Below, piece after piece: positions 23,031 through 34,500 of a DNA stretch of 64,000 nucleotides. A program made the position numbers and the translations under genes. The notes beneath the pieces were generated by a model. That model was not told the origin of the DNA, made no database searches, and saw only the letters and a program-made list of their open reading frames with translations. The DNA comes from Psammoneis japonica (lineage: Eukaryota), in the NCBI GenBank assembly GCA_008632985.1, contig QPGO01000100.1, forward strand, positions 1 through 64,000, in the 5' to 3' direction. How positions within the stretch are numbered: position 1 is the stretch's first letter; each line of letters opens with the position of its first letter.

Positions 23031-24342
23031 AGGAGCACCTGCAAGCTGCCAGTGCACAAAAACAACACACCACCAATGCTGTTGTCATGGCTGCATCTCA
23101 AGAGCTGAGCACACTGGCAGGCCAACACAGCCTGTCCACAAATGAACACAGAGCACATTGCAAAAGTCAGTCACTGCGTGGGATTTAAAAAGCTGGGCTG
23201 CTGCCCTTTGGCATGGAAACTCATGAAATGGGCCAAAAAGTCTCCTGCAAATTTGAGAGGAGTTGATGGATCCCTTGACTGTGACAAGGCTGTCTGGCGG
23301 CACTGACTCTTGTCTCTTTTTGGAGACAAATGAGTGCATTTTGATGGAACTCAAACTGCTTTTCAACATCAGCTGCCTGCCCTCAGCCCCTGCATGTGTT
23401 TCTGCACATGCTCTTGTGCTGATGTCACCCTTCTCAGATGGCATTTTGCTGAGTCTCTGACCATGACCACTCTGGCCATTTCTGCCAATGGCGCACTCTT
23501 GTTTCAGTGTGTTGAGCAGTGCTTCTGTGTGGAAAATGATGTTGATCTTTTTTGCAAATTTCCACAGACTCAGGAAATTTCCCACCTGGATTCCAGCACA
23601 AATTCTGTGTGCTTTAGAAACCATCACCAATGAATGCTTTGTCAAATCACCAAGCTGCTTGCACCCATGCCCATCTGTCCTCAATGCCCTTCTTTGTTTT
23701 CCTGTCAGCCTCAAATCAAGTCCTTTGCTCCATTTGGCAAAAGTGCCACCTCTGTTGTGGCACCAATGAATGTGAGTGTGAGTCCTTCTTTAGCACCAAT
23801 TGACAGTTTTTCATTTGTGCACACATTGGCATTTCTGTGCAAAAGATCTGCTGTGGTTTCCATGTGTGAAAAATGTTTTTCCAATGACCGACTCAGTCAC
23901 ATCATCATCAAGCACTCCCATTTCTTATCTCCCAGTTCTGGACAACCCTTCCCTTGTTGGTTGCCGGCAAATCATGTCATGCTCCCCCCTGCTCCACAAA
24001 GTGATCTTTCTGCCATTTTTGCATTTCTTGGAGGCATGAAAGTGGACTCCTTTTTGATGAGCGCCAGCTGTTGGTTTGGCAATCATGTTTTTGCTGCTTT
24101 TAAACAAAGCTCAGAAAGCAGCTGTCATTTGCCATTGTGGCACAGCAGCCACATCTCCAGCAAAAACCACAGTGCACTGGCATCTCTCTCAAACTTTCCT
24201 TTGCCTTTTGTTGCTGGTGGGGTGCTGACTGTCAATGAGTGCAACTTGAATTTGTCAGACACACCCTCCTCTTGCAGGTGGAACCACCACACAGAGAAGC
24301 TGCAGCAGAGCTGGCTGCAAAGTGGGCAAACCATGCCTCTCT

Positions 24343-24433
24343 GAGTTGGCCCTGCTCTTTGGCTTCATCTGCAACTTCCCACACTGGAGAGTTGGCCCTG
24401 CTCTTTGGCTTTGTCTGCAACTTTCCAGCTGGA
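24343..24433. repeat. Two-copy ~46-bp tandem duplication
   Basis: gagttggccctgctctttggctt(ca/tg)tctgcaactt at 24343 and 24389. Confidence 0.85.
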
Positions 24434-25234
24434 CACACAATCCACAACAAACAACAAACCAAAAAAGTGCAAAGTCTGTGCTGGCTCTCAATTGCAAATG
24501 GCTTGTGTTCATGTTTTTTTGTCATTGGAAATGTCCACCCTCATTTGTGGCTTTGTTTTGCACTGGGTCGTGCTGGCACTGCATGAGCAAGTCTGCAAGG
24601 GCTTTGGCTGGCCCACTCTCCACAGATTTGAGGGGGCTCCAGGCTCTCACAGATGGATTTTTCTGCTGCTGCCATGCTGCAGGGCCTGGAGCTGGGGGTT
24701 CCACATGTTCAAGTGTCTCTGCTGGCAGCTCTTTCAAGCATTTGTGGTCAGGTCATTTGAGCCGCATTGAAGCAGCAACAACCCCCTGCATTGAGGTGGT
24801 GTCAAGTCTCCATGCAGCAATGATGATGCCATTCTCATGCATTGTCAAGAGCTTTGTTCAGCGCTGCCTCATCACACACCTGTCATCAGAGGTTTTTCTG
24901 AAAAATGTTGCCCATGTGATGCAGCCAATTTGGTTGAGAACCAAGCAGATGCAAAGACACAGCTGAAAGACCAGTGCTTGGAGACAGACATGATTGTCTT
25001 CCAGTCTGATGACAGAGGAGACATCGCCTCTGTAAACAATGAAGATTTGGTGGCTTTTCAGATCCCCACTGGAACTCACAGACACTTGCAACCATTTCAT
25101 GTGGCATGCTGTGTCTTCTGCACTGGTCACAAAATTGATGAACGGTGGTGTTTCTCCATGACCGACTCCTCCTTGTCACATCAAGATGTCTGAAAACATT
25201 GAGTCTTGGCAACTCACAGTGTCTCATTTGCTCC

Positions 25235-25484
25235 CATGGATGCCATGACCCAAGTCACTGGAGACACCCCACAGAATGTTCTGCTCATTGAACGACATTA
25301 ATTTCAAGCCTGCTAAATGATCAGGCATGTGCAGTCAGGAGTCATTTCAAGACAAATCAAGATTAGAATTGAGCCCAATCCTGTTCCTTTTCTTTCATTT
25401 TTCTCCCTGCATGTCGTTGCATTTTACAGCAAACACATCACACCCAAAACCTCAATGACACGCTCAAGTCACCATGATGCGCCT
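25235..25484 (+). repeat. Mutated copy of the 5' upstream region and start codon of the gene at 31575 (twin ~31335-31585)
   Basis: Shared blocks acaccccacagaatg, ggagtcatttc, gacaaatcaagattagaatt.agcccaatcctgttcc and caccatgatgcgcct. Confidence 0.9.
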
Positions 25485-25490
25485 GGGCAT

Positions 25491-25945
25491 GGAGGCTTGA
25501 CTTTTTCAAAACCAGCACATGTTGTCCTGTTGTGGCTCCATCCATTGCCCCGAGCAGCAGGCAATGAGCAAAGAAAGTGTGAAGTTTTTGCTGCTGACCT
25601 CAAATTCAATTTCACCTGCATGCTCTCTCTCTTTCTGCAGCACCAAAAACAAAGAGGAGCAGCTGTTCACACCTTCTTGACAAATGAAAAGTCAGTTTTC
25701 TAGTCAGCTGTGCCAGCACTTCCATCCCTTGATGGCTTGACACACTGACACAACTCCAGGGAGTTGCCTCAAATTTGTTGAAAAATTAAAATGTGTGAAG
25801 CAAAGCTGTTGGCTTCAACAAAACTTTGTTGAAGCTGTGCAGTTTCAACAAAATTTGTTTGAACCAATGCACAGTTTCAACAGCTTCTTCTGAAACCAGC
25901 TGATGTCAGCACCTCCAATGAATTGCTTCAAAGTGGTGTGCAGTG
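25491..25945 (+). repeat. Diverged dispersed direct repeat, copy B (copy A ~22537-23030)
   Basis: Same colinear blocks as copy A. Confidence 0.75.
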
Positions 25946-27130
25946 CCCCTGCTGCTGTGAGCTGTGAGTGACCAAAGCATGCCATTGCCAATGCTGTTGC
26001 CATGGTGACATCTCAAGACATGATGTCACTGGTCAGCTGCCCAGAGATCTGGCTGCTCACAGGAGAGGATGTTTTTGTCTCATGTTGTTTGTTCCTCTCA
26101 AACACTTCTTCTGTTGCATTTTGCTTTGGCTTGATCACCCTTTCATCCAACCAGTCAACCCAGCTGAAACTGAGCATTTTTCTCCAGTGTGATGCATTTG
26201 CCAGTTCAGATGTCCGCACCATGTCTTGTTTTTCTGGGTTGGAGTTGGAGCACAAAAGCCGTGTTGTCATGCCCATCTGCATCGTTGTCACACCAAGGGA
26301 ATCCCGCCATCCCATTTTTTGGAAGATGACATCACCCAGCATTTGGGCAGTGGCTTGAAGGCAAATCTGCACAAAGGTGCACTCATTTGTTTTGACAATT
26401 CAAAATGCCCCCTTCCACCACCACCTGCCAAGGGCTGCAGCAACGCCAATGCAACGCACAGCACATTGTGCACTGACCTCTGATTGCTTGCCCACGCTTC
26501 AGGATTTGAAACAAAAGCCATTGGGTCAGGCCGAATCCTTTGCCAATCCTGTCTCAAGTGTGCTCATGACAAAGACACTCGACAGACCCTCCACCCAAGG
26601 AACTCTGGAAATGTGTGCTGCAAGTTGTCTCTTCACAATGATCATCATCAAAACAATCATCCCAGCAAGGTCACAAGAGACAACCTTGTCAACCCCAAAC
26701 CATGAAATCCATTGATTCTGAAGGCGCCTGTGTTCCATCCACATCAAGTGCAGCCAGTTTGGGTGTCATTTTGTTTGTGGCAATGGCTGCTGTGTTGTCA
26801 CGAGAGCCACATGTGCTTCATCTTCCCAAGGAAACAACTGCAAAGGTGTGACACCCTGGTTCATTGGAGATCATCAGAAGCTGCAATGCAGTGGTTGTTG
26901 CTGTTGTTGTCATTCATTTTGCCATTGAATTTCACTCATGTCATTCTTTTAAATTTGAAAGTCAAACTTGAATGTGTTTTGACAATGCAAGGCATTTGCA
27001 CATTTCACATGAGGAATTTTGCCATCTGTTTGCATTGATGATTTGTTCCAAAGCAACATGAATTTAAAAATGTTTTGTGGTCAATTCTTTGTGCTGTGAC
27101 AATCAAACCTCTTTGCTTTTGATGATTTAG

Positions 27131-27191
27131 ATTTCAACTTGGTTTTTGCTTTTTCCACACCATTTCAACTTGGTTTTTGCCTTTTCCACCC
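27131..27191. repeat. Two-copy 31-bp tandem duplication
   Basis: atttcaacttggtttttgc.ttttccac at 27131 and 27162. Confidence 0.85.
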
Positions 27192-27448
27192 CGTTTGTGC
27201 ATCACCACATGTGTGCTGGTGTCATGTCTGTGCCCCAGTCATCTCCACATGTGCGCTCCTTTCTCTTTGCATCTCACTTTTTCCCAAATTCTGTGCATGT
27301 TTCTCTGCTGCATTTTCAGCACTTTTTCTGCATGCGCATCTGCACATTTCACAGTGCAGTGCACCTTCTCCCCAAAATCCATTTGACCAGTTCATGCGCT
27401 GTTGCGATTCACACACTTTCTGCATGAACCATCAACTGATCACCAGCC

Positions 27449-28063
27449 ATGGTGGCCAGCAACTTCACCCCATCAGCAGACGAGGTTAACCCCAATCCCT
27501 TGTTCATCTTTGCTGATGATGTCAATTTTGCTGACACAGAATGTTTTGCACCAGTGGTTTTGGAATGGAGCTGTTTGGGCCCAAGCTCAAGAACACAACC
27601 GCCACATGTGCATCCAAAGCAGTTTGTGGAGAGAACAAATTGGCCACCCTCTCCAGATTTTCTTGCACTTCCCTTCCTTTGCCACAAGCCTGAGCTTCAT
27701 CATGTTCCATGTGTCACTGAAGTCATCCACACCAACAACAATGTTGGGAAAGCTCTCAGATGTCCCGACATTTGGCCCCACATCATGACTCATGGTTGGT
27801 TGATGAAGAAATCCCACCAGAACAAAGGTGAGCAGGTTCCTTGGCATCAAAATTTGGAGGATGCTCTTTGTTTCTGCACCCTGCCAGGAGAGACAGAACA
27901 TGATGAAGAGGAGCACCATTGTGACTTTCGCTGCAACACAAAGGTGATGGCAGGGTTCACACGCCAGATCATTGCTGGTGAGGACCTCAACAATCCTGTC
28001 TCAGGCAAGCCTTGTTTCCATTTTTTATGTTGCAAAAGTCTCCAAGATCTGATTGATGACTGA
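27449..28063 (+). pseudogene. Hypermutated coding-like relic of unknown identity
   Basis: 204-codon frame with protein-like composition (LFIFADDVNFADTECFAPVVLEW...). It lies where the Gypsy RNase H would be expected, but on the opposite strand. Confidence 0.3.
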
Positions 28064-28199
28064 GCACATGACCTGCACGGTGCATGCTTTGTTGTCAAAA
28101 TGGTCATGCGTTGTGTCCTCTGCAAACCCCAAGACAGGAGCTGTCGGTTCATGCAGATCTTTTGTGAAGTCACCGCCCAAAAGGAGTGGCACATTTTTG

Positions 28200-31036
28200 T
28201 CAATGGCAGGTCATGGCACCCAAGAACGAATGCAATTGTGCAGCAGCATTCTGTGGAGGTTGCATGTGAAGGATGGCTTCAACCTTTTTCTTCCATGGCT
28301 TGACTCCATTTGGTGCAAGCCAATGCCCTAAAAATCTGTTTCCTGTGCACACCATTTGCATTTCAATGGATTCACTTTTGAGCCATTCTCCGTGAGCCAA
28401 TGTGCAAATGCAATGCTTTGTTGAGACAAGAGAGACAGGAATCAAACTCAGCATCAAAGGCACCAACATCATCAACAAAAGTTTTGACATCCAAGCCATG
28501 TAAAATCTTTTCAATGACGCATTGCACAATGTCTGGCCAGAGCCAGTTTTTTGGCCCCGCAGCCACACGACAGCATTGAAATTTGCTGCAGGGAGCTGCA
28601 ATTGTTGCTGGCTCCTTGCTTTTTCTCTCCAACTCCAGATCACAGCAGAACACAGTGAGGTCAATCTTGGTAAAGAGCTTTTGCATCCTGCTCTTTGTTG
28701 TGGCACATCTTGAATCATTGGGAGAGGACAGACTTTGCACTTGAGCATCTCACTAAATTCGCAAAAATTGAACACCCCCACTGCACTCAGTTGTCTTTCT
28801 TTGGCATGACAAAAGCACCTGCTGCCTGTTCCGCAGGTCCACATGGTCACAGTCATGCTCCAAGTTCCACCAAATGCTGCAACTCTTTCTTGAATGCTTC
28901 TTCATCAACTTGAGGAACAGCAAATGGTTTTGAGCAACAAGGCACAGCATTTTCATCCACTGTCAGGTGCACCTTTTCATGAGGACTGTGGCCTGGTGTT
29001 CCATCAAACAAGGTTGAGTGTTTCTCCAATGCCACCACCAGTGGCTCATTCTTTTGTAATCCAAATTTTTGACAACTTCCAAAGGATCCGTGGCTTCACA
29101 CTTGGCATCCAAAATGTGGCTGTCACATCCATCGTTGCACCCATGATCTGATTTGTCCTTGCAATCATCATCAAATTCATCCATTTGATCCAGAGCAATG
29201 CACCAATTGCAGGACTTGGACCAATGACGAGGTTCTTTCATTGGAATCACATGGTCTGACCAACACAGAGTCCTGGTGTTGCAGTTCAAATGGAGTCCAA
29301 TCTTGTCTAAGAAATCTTGACCCAAAACAATGTCGCGCACACATGGAGCATTGAAAATGTGAGCCACACAGCCATCCACTCCTCTCATCTTGTCAAACTC
29401 TGGTGACACAACATCACTTAGAGTCGCCCATTGACCTGACTGAAAAGGACCTGGCATTGTTTGAAAGGCTCAAACTCCATGCTCATCTGTTGATGGAGCT
29501 GCTCCATGGGGTAAAACTTGAGACAAAATCACAGTGTGAGAGCCACTGGAGTCAAGTGAAACATGCGTTGCACAATTTGACTCATGACACTGAATTAATC
29601 TGGCAACAAGTGGAGCAGACAGCACCAATGCGGTTTGCGAAACTTGCGAGTTCATTTTGGGGAGAGGAGTGTCACATTCAAACACGTCTTGATCAAACAC
29701 GTCCCTCTCATCATTCATGTGATTTTTTGCAGTGTCTTCAAATTCAGTGGGTGACAATTAATTGGGATTTCCAAAACAATCAAAAGCAAACATTTCAGGT
29801 CAAACACATTTGTTTTCACAATCCACAAACAATGCTTCACACATGGGCAATTGGGGGTGGAGCATTCAGCTCCTTCTTCTCAGAGCTGCTGAGGAAACTG
29901 CCCATCTGGCTGAAGCCTTGCCACTCCTCTTTGACATGGAGGGCCTTGTTGGATCATGTCAAAATGGTGTGCATCACCACAAGGAGCTTTTCTCGAGCCT
30001 GGTTGTCACTCACATCTGCTTGTGCAGCACAGCCAATTGTCTGTCCTTGACCACCACAGTGGTTGTCATTGTCATTGCAACAGTGCTGGCCACCACCACC
30101 TTGGTTGCCATTGTCATTGTTGTTGTTGTTGTTGCAATTGCTGCAACGGGTGCTGCAACCTCCTTGGCTCTGGTTTTTGCAACCACCGCCGCCGCAGCAT
30201 CCACTGCCACCTCAACCACCACCACAGCCTCCTTGATGGTGACCTCCACCTTGACCTCCTCCACAATGGCCTCCACCACAACTGCCACAGTTTTGAGGCC
30301 CACAACAGTTGGGATTGTTTGGATTTTCATGACACTGGGCCCAAGCATGCCTTCCCCTTGATGCCATGGGGCCAGACATGGATCGTCAGACTTGGGTTGG
30401 CTCTTTCCACCATGCTTGTCATTGTCACCCTTTTTGTCACTGGAGTTTCCTCCATTGTCCTCACTGCACTTGCATTGCTTTCCTGTTGTCTTGATCATTG
30501 GCAAACACCTTCTCGTTGCTCGCGCAGGTCTTGGTGTCCACCACGGAATCTTTGACAAGATTTTTGCCCACACAAATGCAAGGCTGCTGCCATGCCAGTG
30601 GAAAAGCACAAAAGATTGTGCTCTTTTGCTCCTCCTCAGCAAGTTCAGGAACAGCGCCAGGCAAATGGTCATCAAAAGAACAAAAAAGAGTTTCCGTGCG
30701 GTCAACATGATGTGTGCCTCCGATTCCACAGACTGAGGTTTCTTGCAAGTGTGGGCAAACAAATCTTCATGGCATCCCAAGCTGTTGGCTTCACACAGCA
30801 CAAATGACAGGCCGCCATTGTTTGATTGAACTGTGCTGCTGCTGTTCGTTGGTTCTGAGGGACCCCAGCAGCAACATTTTGCCACTTCGACTCTGCCATG
30901 CCCTGCAGGCAATCCTCAAAAGAGCACTCCTGAAGAAGCTCAGAATCAACAAATTCAGTCTTGTGTTCAATGCAAGCCTTCCATCTCCAAGGCTTCTTGA
31001 TGCATGTCTGGGAACTTCCAACGGTCCCTTGAACAT
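28200..31036 (-). mobile_element. Degenerate Ty3/Gypsy LTR-retrotransposon gag-protease-RT fragment, truncated at both ends
   Basis: Gag: FEDCLQGMAESKWQN, KKPQSV, LPG..PEL, FPLAWQQ, a knuckle-like DDPC..WH...HAWAQC..NPNNPN and a Gly-rich tail. Protease: SLDSSGSHT and [37 protein letters not shown] and [22 protein letters not shown]. There is no integrase between protease and RT, which is the Gypsy order. No RNase H, integrase or LTR was recognised. Confidence 0.9.
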
Positions 31037-31574
31037 CTTAATGCGTTAGTTAACATGCATGTGTCAGAGAGCTAGAGAGCTAGCTGGTAGACAGAGCAAG
31101 CAGAGCGACGCGCGCGAGGGCACACTCGGACATATAGCACATGTCCCTATTTCATTCAGTGGTGTTTCGCCATGATCCCCCCTTGTCCACGTCAAGATGT
31201 ACATAATGTCTACTAGAGTAGAGTGTCTCACACGTAGGTCATTGTACTGAAAATAAACACGTCATCTAAGTAAGTCTCGGTACTGTAACTTTGTCCTCTA
31301 TTGTTCATACTGTACATAGTGTCTACTGTCAGTCTATGGTACATACTGCGACCCACGTGGTTGGAACACCCCACAGAATGCTCTGCTGGTTGAACGAATT
31401 TTTAATTAAGCCTACTCAATGATTAGTACTGAGTGTGCAAATGAGGAGTCATTTCCCGACAAATCAAGATTAGAATTAAGCCCAATCCTGTTCCCTTCCC
31501 CCGTTCCCATATCGTGTTTATTTCAACAGTAAATACATCATACTGTACCACCTCGATGACATAATCAAGACACC

Positions 31575-34500
31575 ATGATGCGCCTATCAATCATCATTGC
31601 GTCCTTCACCTCTGTAGTTGGTGCAAATAATGAGGGCATGGCTATATTTGGCAACGGAAGTAGCGATCCTCCAGGATACGCTCATTGGGACGGGGATGGA
31701 TTTTCTTCTCAGGGAAGTATGAGAGACTCTACTGACGGAAGGTGGCGAATCATTCAAGGCGCCTACGCGCCCACAAGAGATGAGGCTATTGTGATTGGAG
31801 TTTCAGCCGATGAAGTGGTCACGGCCCAAATGTATTCGGAAGGACGGTGGAATGATCTTCCATTTTCGCCATTGGATGACAAGGCAGAAAACTCCTGGTC
31901 GTTTGGCTTTGATGTTCGATACGAGTCTCAGAGCGGAAATGCGCTAGTTGTGTGGCACGAGGGAAGCAGGGACACGATCCTGTACTCAACGTGGGATGGA
32001 GCGAAATGGAGTCCGCCCCAACGAATTGACACGCCTGTGCGTGGCGGTGAGCACAGCGAAGTCAACCTGGAGGCGAGCCCGGTAACTAACGAGATGGTAC
32101 TTATTGCTGGAGTCATATCAGAAAGTGATTACTGTATCGTTTGGGACGGAACAAGTTGGAGTAATGGTATCGACTTGGAAAACAAGGGCACTGGCAATTT
32201 GAGAAACATAGGTGTGGCTTATGAGCAGAACAGAGGCCGAGCAATGGTCATTTATGGCGACGGGCAAGCTTCGCTGCCGTACCAAATCTGGGATGGTCAT
32301 AAATGGCGGAAAGGGTACGCTTCAGCACCTAGTGACATTCACAAAAGAGTCCTACACGTCACAATAGGGGCAGATCCATCTAGCAATCGCATTGCGGTGG
32401 GGGTCACGTCAGATTCAGACCATGCCTTCTGGGTCGGCGTTTGGGATGGAAACAACGGTTTTGGATCAGTACAACGAGTCGCATCTGGATCATCCGCAGA
32501 AGATTACCACGGTATTGCCGTCGCATTTGAGGGGATCTCTGGACATGCGATTGCCACTTATGCACAGAACAGTGATGCGGTCCGCTACCGAACATGGTCA
32601 TCAACGTCAGGTTGGTCAGACGAGAATGACGGTCCAGATCTCGGGGCCGAACCAAACTCAATGATGCTCTATTCGGCTCATGGGAGCAATGAGATAATGT
32701 TGGCAGTCCAGAACAATAATCAAGAAGCCTCTTTTTGTTCTTGGAGTGCCGGGGGCTGGGGTAAACTAAGTAAGATGAGCCTTGACACTGGGGAACGCCA
32801 CAACAAGAACCAGCCCTACCTCTTCATGTGGAAGCCGATTGCCGGTACAATAGATCCGACCCCATTACCAACAAGTCAGCCAACTCCTCCGCCAACACCA
32901 TTTCCAAGCCCCCCTCCAACACCTCCACCCACTCAAATGGGGCCTACGCCATCGCCAACGTACTCTCCCACAGAAAAGCCAACGGTTTGTGTCGACGATC
33001 CAGAAGGTTGGTATGATCCAGACGGCGAGATCTATAATTGTCCTTGGTATGGTTTAGATGACAATTGCAATCAATACGGAGATCTATTTGAAAACTTTGG
33101 AGTCACTGCGAATGAGGCTTGTTGCGCAGTAAGTGCAATATCGGCTTTATTCTCTCTCGTATCCTAGCGTGGATTAGAATTGGCTAACCGTTTCTATTTC
33201 GTATTCGTGTTAGTGCGACGGCGGAAAACTTCTGTCGATTGATGAGATTACCCTATCCCCAACACCTCAACCAACAGATCGACCTACTATAACCCCGACA
33301 AAAGATCCAACTAACGGACCCACAGATTACCCAACGCCATTCCCTACCTCATCTCCTTCATTGAAGCCGACTCTTATGCCTACGGAACTCCCGACGGAAC
33401 CTCCAACTCTAGAGCCTTGGACTCCGCAGCCAACTCCAAAGCCGACGGGCCCACCAACGCCACCTCCTTCGACGAATCCGACTCGTTTACCTACGCCATC
33501 ACCGACAGGTAGGCCCACCCGGCCACCGACGCAAGATCCGACGGTCAGGCCTACTGCTACCGTTACTTCATCGCCAACTGACATGCCGACGAGAAGTTTC
33601 ACGGCAGAACCTACACGCAAACCAACAGGTTCGCCAACAAGAGGCCCCGCTTCGGTGCTAATCTCAGATTACAGACTGCCACCAACTGATTTGAGCAACG
33701 AAACGGACCCGATAAATTCACTAAGTAAATCGATGGGCACTGGGAAACCCTGTTCGACCAACCAGCAGTGCAAGTCATCCACTTGTCGAAACGGTGTGTG
33801 TATGGCTTCGTCGGCGTGCTACCCAATCAAGCACAAATTTGCTAAAGCATTTGACGAGCACAGTGTCAATATCGTCTTTGTTGCATCGGCATTTAACTCG
33901 GTCGGTCATAAAGAATGGAAATCCAAGGCCAACTCGACCTATGAATTCATGCAAATTTACAACATGTTTGCCAAAGAGATCGACGAACTAAACATATTCT
34001 TGGTGGATCCTCCTTCACTGGATAGATCTTTTTGCCAACTCGGTTGTGCAGGCATCGATCGTCTGTTGTGCTGTGACACTACCCGAGCTCACGCATTGGC
34101 AAGCAAATGCTTCCCTGTCGGCTCGAATCTCCAAACTCTTGTCGTTCACAACTCCGGTCAGTACGGTGGAGCCGGTTACCCTTCGGCAAACATTGCCACC
34201 GTGTCAACCCATCCAGCAGCCCCTCTAGTATTGGTACATGAGCTTGGTCACTCGTTATTTGAACTGGCTGACGAGTATTCGTACGGAGGTGGCACAGACA
34301 TTGAACCGAATTGTGCTGCTAGTGAAGCTTGCTCCAAATGGTCAGATCTCATGGGGCCCGAAAACACACCAGAAGGCTACGATCCGGTTCAATGCATTCC
34401 TGGATGTAGAAACAACAACTACTTTGTCGGAGCACAAACATTCATGAACGTTTTGTCGTATCCGGTTGGATCTGTCAATGAAAGGTTCACCTGTTGCACT

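Larger units (their letters stand above)
21450..31040. other. CpG- and TpA-depleted hypermutated repeat/relic domain 1
   Basis: Hand count: 0 CG and 1 TA in 21661-21960, versus about 15 CG and 12 TA in 20401-20700. ORF translations are nearly Tyr-free and Cys/His-rich. Confidence 0.9.

Noticed and set aside
21450..31040. Classical fungal RIP or simple 5mC decay as the full explanation
   Set aside because: RIP increases TpA and C->T decay cannot remove it. Here TpA is depleted, and the outside twin of a duplicate is untouched.
21600..31050. Dozens of Cys/His-rich ORFs as novel genes or metallothionein-like proteins
   Set aside because: They occur in all six frames and are explained by loss of TAA/TAG stops and by Tyr/Arg codon conversion.
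31040..31330. 5' LTR or primer-binding site of the Gypsy element
   Set aside because: No second copy, TG..CA pair or tRNA-complementary site was recognised, and gag appears cut at the domain edge.
32850..33650. Pro/Thr repeats as a separate repeat element
   Set aside because: They are in-frame coding linkers of the 31575-35097 gene.
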